Assembly (NCBI RefSeq): GCF_020745735.1
Contig: NC_083435.1
Coordinates: 11,129,201-11,193,200, forward strand
Direction: 5' to 3'
DNA length: 64,000 bases
Origin: Hemiscyllium ocellatum
Lineage: Eukaryota
Positions 23,431 to 35,104 of the stretch are shown one piece after another. Each line of letters begins with the position of its first letter. The first letter of the stretch is position 1. The notes below the pieces were generated by a model. That model made no database searches and was not told the DNA's origin. It saw only the letters and a program-made list of their open reading frames with translations. The translations under genes were made by a program, and so were the position numbers.

Positions 23431-23727
23431 ACTCTCCCCTGTCAGATTGGCTCAGTTGGCCGAACACTGGGAGATTTTCAGCTTCTACCCCGGTCTCTTT
23501 GGGCACATGGACATAAGGCTTGTACCTCGAGTTGAGGCTGCTTGCTCCGACTGGAGGCTGGAGTTTCTAAAGAGTCATTGAACTCAAAACATTAATTCAG
23601 TTTCACACTCGGCTATTGCTAGCGAGACTTTCCAGTAAATCTTCCTTCTTTGTTTCGGATTTGAAAATTCAACGTGCCAGCCTGCATTGATCACTGGATT
23701 AGAAACCAATGCCAGGAAAGTACTTAC

Positions 23728-24072
23728 TTGCCACTTTCAGGATGACATTTGCATCTTTGAATCCACGGGCTTCCGATTCCACAAAACACTTGTATATCCC
23801 ACTGTCCGGCAACACGACTTGCTTGAGTTTCAGGGAAATATTGCCTCTCTGGAATTCACTGGCAAACAGCTGGGTCCTGTCCTTGTAGTCAGCAGACTGC
23901 TCAGTGTTCTCATCCTGCTCGAATCTGTAGAGATGCACCAGCTCTTTGCCTTTGGTCCAGCGAATTTCCAAACCCTTGAGGGGCAACGATGGGGCCAGCT
24001 GGCATTCCAACACAACTGTGTCGCCAACCTCCGCCACAACTGGGCGCTGGGAGCAGGAGAGTTGGAAGTCCT
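23728..24072 (-). CDS. Butyrophilin-like IgV exon
   Basis: DFQLSCSQRPVVAEVGDTVVLECQL...LEIRWTK...VHLYRFEQD...QSADYKDRTQLF...RGNISLKLKQVVLPDSGIYKCFV: classic BTN/B7 V-set; tttcccAG acceptor, GTAAGT donor, phase 1-1. Confidence 0.96.
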
Positions 24073-26090
24073 CTGGGAAAGGAAGGATGTGTCAGTGAAT
24101 GCTGAGAGAAGAGATGCAGGAGTTAGGAGGAACAGCAATCAGTGGACGGAATAAAGCAGCTTCTTCAGGAGTCAAGGGATTTTCAAGAAGTAAAGTACAC
24201 GATATTGATTTGCAAATGTGACATTCAAGAGAGATTTGCCACATGAGTAAGGGATGATGGTCTTCATTTCAGCAGAGAGACTGGAGTGGCTGGGATCTAG
24301 CTCTGTACAGTAGAGAAGGCAAAGGGGAGATATGATGGAAACAAGTGCTTTGAGAAAGTCAAGAAGGAAAAACTGTATGCACTAGCAGAGTGAGGCTTGA
24401 ACTCACAACTGCCCCAGGTTGAAGAGAATTGACAAGTCAGTCAGAGAGCAGTTGGCAAAATAAGCATAGGATTAAGCCATTCAGCCCATCGAATCTGCTC
24501 TACCATTTAATACAATGGCTGATCGAATTACCATCCCACCCTTTACACCATTAGTAATCAGCAATTTATCAATCTCAACCTTAAAGGTATCCAAAGACTG
24601 AGCTCCCACAGCCTTCCATGGTAGAGAACTCCAGAGATTCACCACCCTCCAAGTTAAAACAAAATTCTCATTTCAGTCCCAAAATGCATTTAAAAACAAA
24701 ACAGTGCCACATGGTGCTCAACTCCTCGACATGGGTAAACAACTTACCAACATCGTGGCTGTCTGTCATTAATTATAAGTTTCAACCTCTCATTCTTGGA
24801 ACATGAAAAGAATTTTCTTTAAATACAAGGACAATGGGTTGTTGATATCTATAATGTACTATTACCAGCTCCAGCTCTCTCCTTAGTGACACTCAGTGAT
24901 TAAACCGGCCTATTTCTAACCTGTGGATAAAGTTGAATCCCGGAGTTGAGCTTCTGGCAGCACATTAATATCTTTGCTAGGTTCAGCAATTCTTACCTTT
25001 GTAACACTGTTCAATTTCACCCTCAAATCAGCCTGTCCACTGCTGAAACCTTCTTCCATTAGCTTTTCAACTCAATTACTTTGATACATTTGGCTGGTCT
25101 CTTCTGTAAAGTGGTGGCTATCTGAAGCTCTGGTGCCTGCATCGGACCCTCATGCTGCCTGTGTCTGACCCTCACACACTTTCTGCTCTTCTGTCACCCC
25201 ATAGTGTTCAATGACCCACAGTGAGTGACTCCTGTTTCAGTGACACATCAATCTCAAAATTTCCATTTGTGTATTCAAATTCCACATCTTTCAGTTCCTA
25301 CAATCCTCCAAAGATCTCCGCATTCATCTGACTTCCTGTGAATTCCCAATTAGAATCATTCCACCATCAGTGCCCATGCTCTCCATTACCTCAGTCCCCA
25401 AGCTGTGGAATTCTTGGGCTACCTCACTTTCCTCTGTTAAGACACACCTTTGTATTTACCTCTGTAATCAAGCTTTTGGTCATCTGATTTAATCTCCCTA
25501 TGGAGCCTGGTGACATTCTGCAATTTATAATACCCCAAAGCACTATAGGATTCTTTAATATGTTAAAGATACAATCAGTGCAGGCCTAACCAGCAATATC
25601 AACAATTTATTATAAGACTGAAAGACCTCTCATTATGGAAGTAGATTCACTACAAGAGTCAAGGGGATTAGGATAAAGAGATGAGTGTACAAATTACAAA
25701 AATGCAAAACAATGTACTTGCAGGGCTCTTGAGAAAGAGGTGGAGTGAGTGTGAGTTTGGGCTGAACATTATCAACAAAGGAACAGATGGAAGAGAAAAA
25801 GATGGTTTTAACTTTCAACAACGCACATTGACATAAGCTGCAAGACCTCGACAAGTTAATCACGGGAACAAACATTGGTTAGAAAGTTACACAGATTCCT
25901 AATGGCACAAAAAGGTGGTTGTTCAGCCCACTGACTCAGTGCTGGCTCTCTGCCAGGCAGCTGCTGTCAGGTCGTGTGGCTGTGCTTCCATGATTGACAT
26001 AGACCTACTCAATTTAACTCAATTCCCCCATCACAATCCTCCAGCACCTATCATCAGGAAGTGATGGAGTTCAGCCGTGAGGTCTCTCAC

Positions 26091-26160
26091 CTGCCAGCGT
26101 TGAGGAAATCCAGAGGACGAAAAACAGGAGCAGGGCCTGGGGTCCTATCCATCCGAACAT
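26091..26160 (-). CDS. Butyrophilin-like signal-peptide exon (start codon 26160; exon acceptor at 26180)
   Basis: MFGWIGPQALLLFFVLWISSTLA + g|GTGAG; phase 1 joins the IgV exon to give ..STLA-EDFQL; gtatttcAG acceptor 20 nt upstream of the ATG. Confidence 0.85.
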
Positions 26161-27259
26161 TCTCAGCAAATCTCTGAACCCTGAAATACAACCAACTTTG
26201 TTAGGGGCTAAAATGACTTTCCAATTTCTCCAATTCAGAGACTTATTAAAAATCTATACAGCACAGAGACATGCCATTCAGCCCACTAAGTCAGTGCTGC
26301 AGAAAAACCTCCTCCTATTCTCTTTTCTCTCTTATTCATTTCTCCCTCGTGTATTTAACCGCATTCATTTTAAATGTATATTATTCACATTAACTACAAG
26401 CTGAGGGAGCAAGTTCCACATTCTCACTGCTCTCTGTTTGACTTGTCAATTCTCTTCAACCTGGGGCAGTTGTGAGTTCAAGCCTCACTCTGCTAGTCCA
26501 TCCAGTGTTTCCTTTTTGACTTTCTCAAAGCACTTGTTTCCATCATATCTCCCCTTTGCCTTCTCTACTGTACAGACCTAGATCCCAGCCACTCCAGTCT
26601 CCCTGCTGAAAGGAATCCCCTACTAATGTGGCAAATCTCTCTTGAGTGTCACATTTGTTAATCAATGTCGTGTACCTTATTTCTTGAAAATCCCTTGACT
26701 CATGAAATCCAGATCATCAATCTGAGGAAGAGTCACTTGACCTGAAACACTAACTGATTTCTCTCCAAAGATACTGCCAGACTCACTGAGCTTATCCAGC
26801 AATTTCTGGTCATGTTTCAGATTGATTAGTGACTGTGTGCACACTCTTAGAATGCAAGCATTTTTAAACACTTGATGATATATTACCATCACTGGCTAGG
26901 TTTACTGACCATCCCCTCTTGCTCTTGAGATGGTGAACGTGAGCTGCAACCTTGAAGCACTGTAGTCCTTGCAGTACGTGCACAGTGCTGTGAGGAAGGA
27001 AGAAAGAAGTAGGATTTTGACTCAGTGAATCTATCAGGAATGACAAATCAGGATGGTGAATGGTTTTGATGGGAACTTGCAGATGGAGGAGTTCCATCTG
27101 CTGGTCTTGACATTCTAGACGGGAGAAGTCACACTTTGGAAGGTGCTGCCAAAGAAATGCTGGGGAGCATCTTGTTTCTGTGACAATTGGAAATAAGACA
27201 CTCTATTCACTCCTTTTTGTAAGGGGACTTCTTGCTTACACCATCCAGTCCTCAGATTT

Positions 27260-28270
27260 TAGTTGTTGCTTTCAGCAATTCTCAGGGACAGAATCAGATC
27301 GCACTTAGAGGGAGCTAGATTCATCGATAACAGGAAACATCCTCTCACATTTACCCTGTCCAACAGCCCTCAAATCTTTTTTTTAAGTTTCAACTCTTTA
27401 TTTAAACTCCAATGGAGACAAGTTTGTGTCCAACCTTTCCTCATTAAATTACATACCATTTCATGTATTAGTCCAGCAAACCTCCTCTGAATTGCCTCCA
27501 ATGCATTTACATCCTTCCTGAACAAATATTGTGCAGAGGACTCCATTGCAGCCTCATCATGACCTTGTAAAACTGAAATATAATCTCCCAAACTTGGTAT
27601 TCAGTTCCCCTCACAATAAAATGATAACATTCTATTAGCTTTCCTAATTACTTGTAGCTGCTTAGTAAATGTTAGTGATTCATCCATGAAGATTGACAGA
27701 TCCCTCTGCATCTCACAGCTCTGCACTGTCTCACCATTTAAATAGAGCATTTAAAAACAAATCTCTTTCAGCAAAAAATTGACAATTTCACATTCTCCCG
27801 CATTCTACACCATTCAACACATTTGCATACTCAACTTTTTTTTGTAACCTATGTCCTCTACACAGCTTACTTTCTGACTTATTCTCATTTGTCAGCAAAC
27901 TTGGCACTGTATACTCCATCCTTCATTTACATCATTTATTTTAGTTGTAAAAATTTCAGTTCCAGCACACATCCCTGTGGGATACCACTTGGTGCATTTA
28001 ACCAACCCAAAAAAAGACCCATTCATACCTACTCCTTGCTTTCTGTTAGCTAGCTATTTTTTTTATCATTGCCAATATTCATGTCCTTTAACTTTCCACA
28101 ATAACATTTGATGTGGCATCTCATGAAATTATTTCTGGATATCTCAACACAGTCCCTCCATCCATCAGTTGTCTTTATCCACAGCACATATAGCCTCCTC
28201 AAAAAGAACTTGCTATTAATCTTTTGAGTCTGTTTTTGTATATTCTGACTAAACCTGCCTTTGCACAACT
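27260..28270 (-). mobile_element. Decayed CR1 RT fragments
   Basis: AILRDRIRSHLE.. and YLFRKDVNALEAIQRRFAGLI motifs. Confidence 0.65.
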
Positions 28271-28414
28271 ATATATATATTTTTTAAAAAGTAAGTTTTA
28301 TATTATCTTTAACATTTTTAGTTAACCTCCGATTATAGATGGGTCAGAAAAACAACGATCCTATAAACAGACGCAAAAAAAAGAAACCACCTCTCCCTTC
28401 AAACATTGAGCCAC

Positions 28415-28675
28415 TGGGCACTGTGATTCAGTGGTTAGCACTACTGCCTCACAGCATCAGGAACCCAGGTTCAATCACTACCGCGGGTGACTTGATTCCT
28501 CCCACAATCCAAAGATGTGTAAGTTAGGTGAACTGGCCATGTTAAATTGCACACACTGTTAGGTGTGTTAATCAGGTGTAAATGTTGGGGAATGGGTCTT
28601 GGTGGGTTACTCTTTGGAGAGTCAGTGTGGACTTGTTGGGCCAACAGCCTGTCTTCATACTGTTGGGAATCTAAT
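28415..28675 (+). mobile_element. HE1-type V-SINE (internally deleted)
   Basis: tgattcagtggttagcactactgcctcacagc head and tail. Confidence 0.85.
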
Positions 28676-28902
28676 CAATAAGTTAACTTTTAGGGAACAT
28701 CTGACACCATAAGACATAGGAGCAGAAATAGACCATTCGGCCTATTGAGTGTACTCCGCAGAGTTGAGAGTTTGGGGATATCAAATTAGGAATTTCTGGG
28801 TTCTGGGTACAAGACAGCAGGATTGGAGAGGCACAGAAGCGTTAGGAGACTGGCAGAGATGTCATGATTTGGAGATGCTGGTGTTGGATTGGGGTGTACA
28901 AT

Positions 28903-29580
28903 GTTAAAAATCACACAACATCAGGTTTTACATAACTTCATGCAGTTTTTGAGCTCAGAGTTTTACATGAATGTATGCAGTTTTTGAGCAAAGGGCAATG
29001 TAACTCTGCAAGTACAAATTCACCCCACAAACTGTATGTGTGCATGTGGGTCTTTGTCTGTGTTTGTGTGTGTCTGTCTGGGGTGGGGTTTGTGAGTGTG
29101 AGAAAGCGTGTGTGTGTGTTTGTGTGTGTAGTGAGTGCAGAGTGTCTGTGAGGGGGGTGCATGTGTGAGTTTGGGCGTGTGTGTGTCTATAAGGGTGCAT
29201 GTGGGTGTCTGCATTCACGTCTGTGTGTACCTGTGTCCGTGTGTATGTGAGAGTGTGTGTATGTAGGAATATCTGTGTGTGTGTGTAGTGCAATGGTGAT
29301 CACCTGTAATGTGACATGAACCCAAGGTCCCGGTTGCGGCCCTCCCTATGGGTACCGAACTTAGCTATCAGCCTCTGCTTGGCCACTTTCCTCTGCTGCC
29401 TGTCCCAAAGTCCACCTTGGAGGATGGTCACCCGAAGGTCTGAGGCTGAATGTCCTGGAGCACTGAAGTGTCCCCCAACTGGGAGGGAACCCTCCTGTCT
29501 GTTGATTGTTGTGCGGTGCCCATTCATCCGTTGTCGTAGCCTTTGCTCGGTTTCCCCAATGTACCATGCCCCAATGTACC

Positions 29581-29614
<34 letters not shown>

Positions 29615-30250
29615 CATAGGTACACACAGATGCACACACACACCCTTACAGACACACACACTCCCCCACTCACATATGCACCCCCTCACAGACACTCTGC
29701 ACTCACTACACACAAACACACTTTCTCACACTCACAGTCCCCACCCCAGACAGACACGCACAGACTGACAAAGACCCACATGCACACATATATTTTGTGG
29801 GGTGAATTTGTACTTGCAGAGTTACATTGTACTTAGCTCAAAAACTGCATGAATTTATGCAAAACTCTGTTATCTCACTTTTTGGATTAGAATCAATCTA
29901 AACATCAGGTCATAGACAGAACAGAGGGGGGCCAACACCTTCAACATATTGTCTAGCTGTCACCATTATTAACAGCTAACCCAAGAATGCAACTTTTACA
30001 AAAAAAGGTTTTGTGATTTACACATGAAAGAAGTGAAACTATCACTGTATTCTAACAGATGAAAGGCTTAAGAGACAATCAATTTTTCAATGTATAATTT
30101 CAGTTACATCACACTGCAAATTTTGGCTATAAATTCTGTGTTACGATCGAGCCCTCCACTATCACCTGATGAAGGAGCGTCGCTCCGAAAGCTAGTGTGT
30201 TTCCAATTAAACCTGTTGGACTATAACCTGGTGTTGTGTGATTTTTAACT
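28903..30250. mobile_element. Inverted pair of Penelope-like 3' ends (family B, CA-rich UTR) around a GIY-YIG C-terminal fragment
   Basis: Minus strand YIGETEQRLRQRMNGHRTTINRQEGSLPVG.HFS.PGHS..DLRVTILQGGL...GFMSHYR; arms 28960-29280 and 29585-29850 are reverse complements; termini aaaaatcacacaaca(t/c)cagg face outward. Confidence 0.88.
30163..30197 (+). ncRNA. Minimal type I hammerhead ribozyme motif (Penelope terminus family B), core intact
   Basis: CAC-CUGAUGA-A-GGAGC(GUC)GCUCC-GAA-AGCU-A-GUG: 3-bp stem I, 5-bp stem II, palindromic AGCU stem III, CUA triplet. Confidence 0.7.
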
Positions 30251-30714
30251 TTGGCAGAGATGTCAATTGGGACAGAGGTGGAAGAGTTTTAGTCGAGTAC
30301 AGATTTGAGGGTGGAATGGGAAGATGAGCGAGGAGTAGAACTCACCAGGTGCAATTGTTCTCACCAGTCGACGAGATATGATCAGCAAAGAGTGGGGAAT
30401 GACATTGCTGGCTGTAACCTTGGGGGCGAAACAGACAACTGGTAACTCCGAGGTTAGAATGTGTCCACTTGGAAAACTGACACATTTCCGTCCAGTTTCA
30501 CCAAGAACAAGGTTCGCAATACCACCCTGAACCAGACACGAGCCACCCAAGGACCACACCAGCCCATAACATTGTGGGAACGTAGAATTTTTTTTAAAAA
30601 CCTGAATTAAAGACACCGAATGGTCCACAAACCCGACACTGCCGCGTGAACCCACTGATCGTTTTTACAAAATCTCTAGCATTTAACATCTTCACAAAAC
30701 TGTTTCAAACTTAC

Positions 30715-30890
30715 CCCGATTGCTTTTCTGACTAAAACATCTTTAAATTAAAAACTGTGTTCCGCCGATTGTACGCCTTTGGGTAAAGTTCATAACAACG
30801 CCCGAATTGAATGCAAGTTTCGCTTTCATCTTCCGCATCAGCCAACTCTCATTGCTGTTCTCTCCGCCCAACAGCAGATGGCACTTTAGA
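30715..30890 (-). promoter_or_regulatory. Probable CpG-rich promoter / non-coding first exon of the butyrophilin-like gene
   Basis: Unique, CpG-retaining sequence; strong donor ggg|GTAAGT at 30714; ISRE/IRF-E agtttcgctttc at 30816-30827; GC box ccgccc at 30864-30869; CTCF-like acagcagatggcact at 30871-30885. Confidence 0.55.
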
Positions 30891-32194
30891 GGGAATGTTT
30901 CAGGAGTCGACCTGATGTGGGGGTGGATCCAGAGTGAAAGAGGAGGGTGTTATTGTAAAACTCTTGAGTTTTGAACGTCAGATTTGAGCTTATGCGGAGA
31001 GAATGATCCTTTCCTCTGCAATCCAATAAGAATTAGCGCGGTGTCTTTATGGGAGTTACGTTATTAGATAGGGCTCACTGGAATGGTCAAGTATAGGAAA
31101 GTCATTTGAAGGTCACCATGAAGCATGATGTTACAGTGACATGATAGCAGTGGCTATACAAGAGTGGTCTTATAGGAGTCCAGTCACCTCATAGATGTTG
31201 GAGAGGCGGTGTTAGACTGGGGTGTACAAAGTTAAAAATCACACAACACCAGGTTATTGTCCAACAGGTTTATTTGGAAGCTCTAGCTTTTGGAGCATCG
31301 CTTCATCTGGTGGTTATGGAGTGTCATTGTATCCTATAATATGGGCTGTAATCTAGTGTTGTGTGATTTTTAACATTGTACCTTAGAACTGTGCCTGTAT
31401 CTTCAGAATGACCTTATAGCAACATATGTAATAAAGGCTGACCTTATAGGATGGTATTGTAGGTCATCTTCTAGGAATGAGCTTATAGAAGTGGCTTTAA
31501 GTGAGTGACATTATAGAAGTAATGATGAAGTCACCACAGCCCTACTGTCTCATTAAAGAGACAGAGAGAGATACAACTGCTGGTGGTTTAACCTGAGGAT
31601 CACCATGCCTGATGACAGAGCAGCGATCTTCAAGCTAGTGCTTCCAAATAAAGCTAGCAATGTGTGATTTTCAACAAGGTTAAGAAAGAAAGTCATAGAG
31701 ACGTACACCATGGAAACAGACCCTTTGGTCCAACTTATCCATGCCGACCAGATATTCTAAACTAATCTAGTCCAATTTGGCAGCACTTGGCCCATATCCT
31801 TCTAAATGCTTCCTACTTATATACTCATCCAGGTGACTTTTAAATGTACTTTGTGGTGACTTTAGCTCATGCTGTTGTTATCAGTCTGCATTGATCCCCA
31901 AAAACTTGTGGTATCCACAGGAATTACCTAATATGAGTGAATTTATAAGAATGGGCTTATAAGTGAAACCTCTTACAAATTACCTGAGAGGAGTGGGCCA
32001 TTAAGAATGGGCTTCGAGAAAATATCAGTGTGTTGTAGGAAGGCTGATAATGATTGGTCTGTAGGAGTGAGTGATTTACAGCTAGCTCTTATGTTCTTAT
32101 TTTGTTTAACTGGCCCTAGAATGTGGGTGTTGCTGGCTTGGCCAGCATTTATTGCCAATCCCCAATTACCCTGGAGAATGACCACATACCTTCT

Positions 32195-32346
32195 GGTGAC
32201 CATCTTCCAAGGTGGATTTTGGGACAGGCAACAACGAAAAGTGGCTGAGCAGAGGCTGATAGCCAAATTTGGTAGCCATGGGGATGGCCTCAACCAAGAC
32301 CTTGGGTTCATGTCACACTACAGGTGGCCCCATTGTACTATACAGT

Positions 32347-32384
<38 letters not shown>

Positions 32385-32720
32385 CTCTCTCTCACACACA
32401 CTCACACATACACTCCCACACACTCTCTCTCACAGATTTAACCCCCCTTACATTCACATTCACACACATATACAGACCCTCTCACAGACATTTGTAAACC
32501 CACCACCACCCCCCTCCTCAACACACACATACACATGCACACTTACACATGTAAGTTTGTGGGGTAAATTTGTACTTGTAGAATTTTACTTTGCTCAAAA
32601 ACTGCATGAATCCATGTAAGATTCTGTAAATCTGTTTTTTAGATTAGAATCAGTCTGACAATTGTGGCACTGACAGTCTCATAGGGAGTGAACACCTTCA
32701 ATACTTTACCTGGTCTGACA
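32195..32720 (+). mobile_element. Penelope-like 3' fragment (GIY-YIG C-terminus plus CA-rich UTR, family B)
   Basis: VTIFQGGFWDRQQRKVAEQRLIAKFGSHGDGLNQDLGFMSHYR followed by (CA)n. Confidence 0.85.
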
Positions 32721-33344
32721 TGGCACCAATTATAGAGCCATAGAGATGTACAGCATGAAAACAGACCTTTCCATCCAAACCATCCATGCCGACCAGCTGT
32801 TCCAACCCAATCTAGTCCCACCTGACAGAACCCAAACATGAAGTCATGAAAAATAAATTATATTTGACAAACCTGGATATGATTTGTTGCATAGATAAAT
32901 GAGAACCAATGGATTTTCAGAAGATTTTTGATAAGGTTCCAGACAACAGGCTAGTAAGTAACATTAGAGAGCATGGGATTGAAGTGATTATACCTGTACA
33001 GATTGAGAATTGGTTAACAGACAGAGAGTAGGTATGAATACATTATTTTCAAGTTGGTAGGCTGTGATCATTGGAATACCACAAAGATGTTGTGAGCAAA
33101 TCATTTGGATAACCTTAATGCAGAGGCCAGTTTCAGTATTTCCAGATTTACTAATGACGCAGAATTAGGCTGGAATACAAGTTGTGAGGAAGATGCCAAA
33201 GGCAAGAAGGGCACTTGAGCAGACTAAGTCCACACATAGCGGACGAAAAATAAAGTAAGTGTAATGGCATCCATTTTGGTAGAAAACACAAAAAAAAGTT
33301 CTTAAATGGTGAGAGGTTGGCAAATACTAATTGTTAAAGTGCAC

Positions 33345-33602
33345 TTTTAAAAAAGGTTTTGTGATTTACATATGAAAGAACCGAAACCAACATGGTCATT
33401 TTAAAAGATGAGACTTAACAAACAATCTGGCTCTTTTTCAATACATAATTTCAATTACATCACACTGTAAACTTTTGCTATAAATTCTGTGTCTTACAAT
33501 CTTATTCTCCACAATCACCTGATGAAGGAGCAGCGCTCTGAGAGCTAGTGCTTCCAAATAAACCTGTTGGACTATAACCTGGTGTTGTGTGATTTTTAAC
33601 TT
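33345..33602 (+). mobile_element. Penelope-like terminus (family B) with decayed hammerhead (GAAA changed to GAGA)
   Basis: cacctgatgaaggagcagcgctctgagagctagtgcttcc...ctataacctggtgttgtgtgatttttaac. Confidence 0.85.
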
Positions 33603-35104
33603 TATAACCCTGGAGAAAGTAATGGATTGTTATCCTGGTGTGCTGCAGTCCATGGGGTGTAAGGGACAGCCACAGTGCTATTAGGGAGGGAGTTCCAGCA
33701 TCTAGTAACAGTGAAGGATACATTGTTACAATGAAAGGCCACTCACCCATCAGGTACTGTTCATTGAAAGAGTTCAGTTGTTATTTGCTTCTCCTCATTG
33801 GCCACAATGTATTGGGATCCAGAAACAATGAGAGTGCAAAATAAACTGTAAGATGGACACACCGTCCATTCTTTCTCAGAGCTTTCCAGCACAAACCTAC
33901 ACTTTCATTGAGAGCCCTGACTTTCAATGTGTAATAATTCCTTCCTCCTTCTCAGACTCAGCTCATCTGATGCTAAAATCCTTATCTGCACCTTTCATCC
34001 CAGATGTTATCAGTCCCCTGCTGTCTTCATCAGCTTCCTGCATTCCATCGACTTCATCCAAATTTCTTCTGCCCATTGCACCAAACCCTGTTCAACTATC
34101 ACACCACAATGACTCTCAAATTCTCATCCTTTTTTTCAAATCTCCCAATTTCCAAAACATCTTCCAGCCCTACTTCCTTGGCCTCTTCAGGATCCCTGAT
34201 TTTGATAACTCCACCAGTTTGACAAATTTCAGTTTTCTTTGGGAACGTAACTGGCTCAGTGAGAACCAGCAGTTCCAAGGCTTTGACAAGGTGCTACCAA
34301 AAAATAACGACACAAAATGAGGAGATATATTCCTAATCAATCTGTTTGAAGACGCTATCACATCTCTGGAGCAGGTATGAATGAACCCCAGGCCTCCAGT
34401 CTCAGAGATAGGGACACTACTATTGTGTTACAAAAGACTTAATATAAAATGAAAGCTGATCAAAATTGTTTTATGTGTCTTGTGCCACGTTTTGTTTGAT
34501 AAAGAATACAGGAGCCTTCCATTGTTACAGTTTTTGAAGCATATTCACTATTGCAATGTAGGAGATATGACAATCAATTTCTGCACAGCAATCTCTCACA
34601 ACCAACAATGTGATTAGAACCCGATTGTCTGTTTTTTATGATCTTCAGTACTGATCAGGATGCTGTGGAGAACTTTCTTGTGAAACAGTACTGTGGGTTA
34701 TATATACCCAAGCAGTTTTAAGTTAAAGTGGCCATAGATTTTACAGAGATGACTGGTGATGGTTTGATCTCAGGGTCACCACCAGGCAAGGATAGGAGCT
34801 GAGAAGGTCCTTCATTGTCACCTCAGCTAGCACAGGAATTAAATCCATGTTGTTGGTCCCTTTGCATTGCAAATCAGCCTTTCAGTCAAATTGGGACTTC
34901 ACTTTAATGTCTTATCTGGAAAATGGCACTTCTGAAAGTTTGGCTTCCTTCAGTACTGGGCTACTGTCAGCCTGGACTCACGTGCTGAACTTTTGACTCC
35001 ACAACATCAGGAGCGCAGGTTCAGGGGTAGGGTGGAGCTGCTACCACTGATCCACAGTGAACTAAGCTGGCAAAAACTGTAAAAATGCTTCGGTTTATTT
35101 TAGA

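Noticed and set aside
24997-25040. Alternative BTN leader exon ending at the GTAAGA donor
   Set aside because: In-frame TGA in the required phase; the 26091-26160 exon gives a proper signal peptide.
30263-30655. 130-aa ORF / alternative signal peptide (MLWAGVVLGWLVSG)
   Set aside because: The long ORF starts at GTG with no domain, and the hydrophobic peptide lacks a good phase-1 donor. At most a 66-nt non-coding exon (30346-30411), which is unverified.
30868-30881. MHC SXY module (cccaacagcagatg resembles the X1 box, 11/14 by eye)
   Set aside because: Wrong orientation for the BTN gene and no Y box at the required spacing; a CTCF reading fits at least as well.
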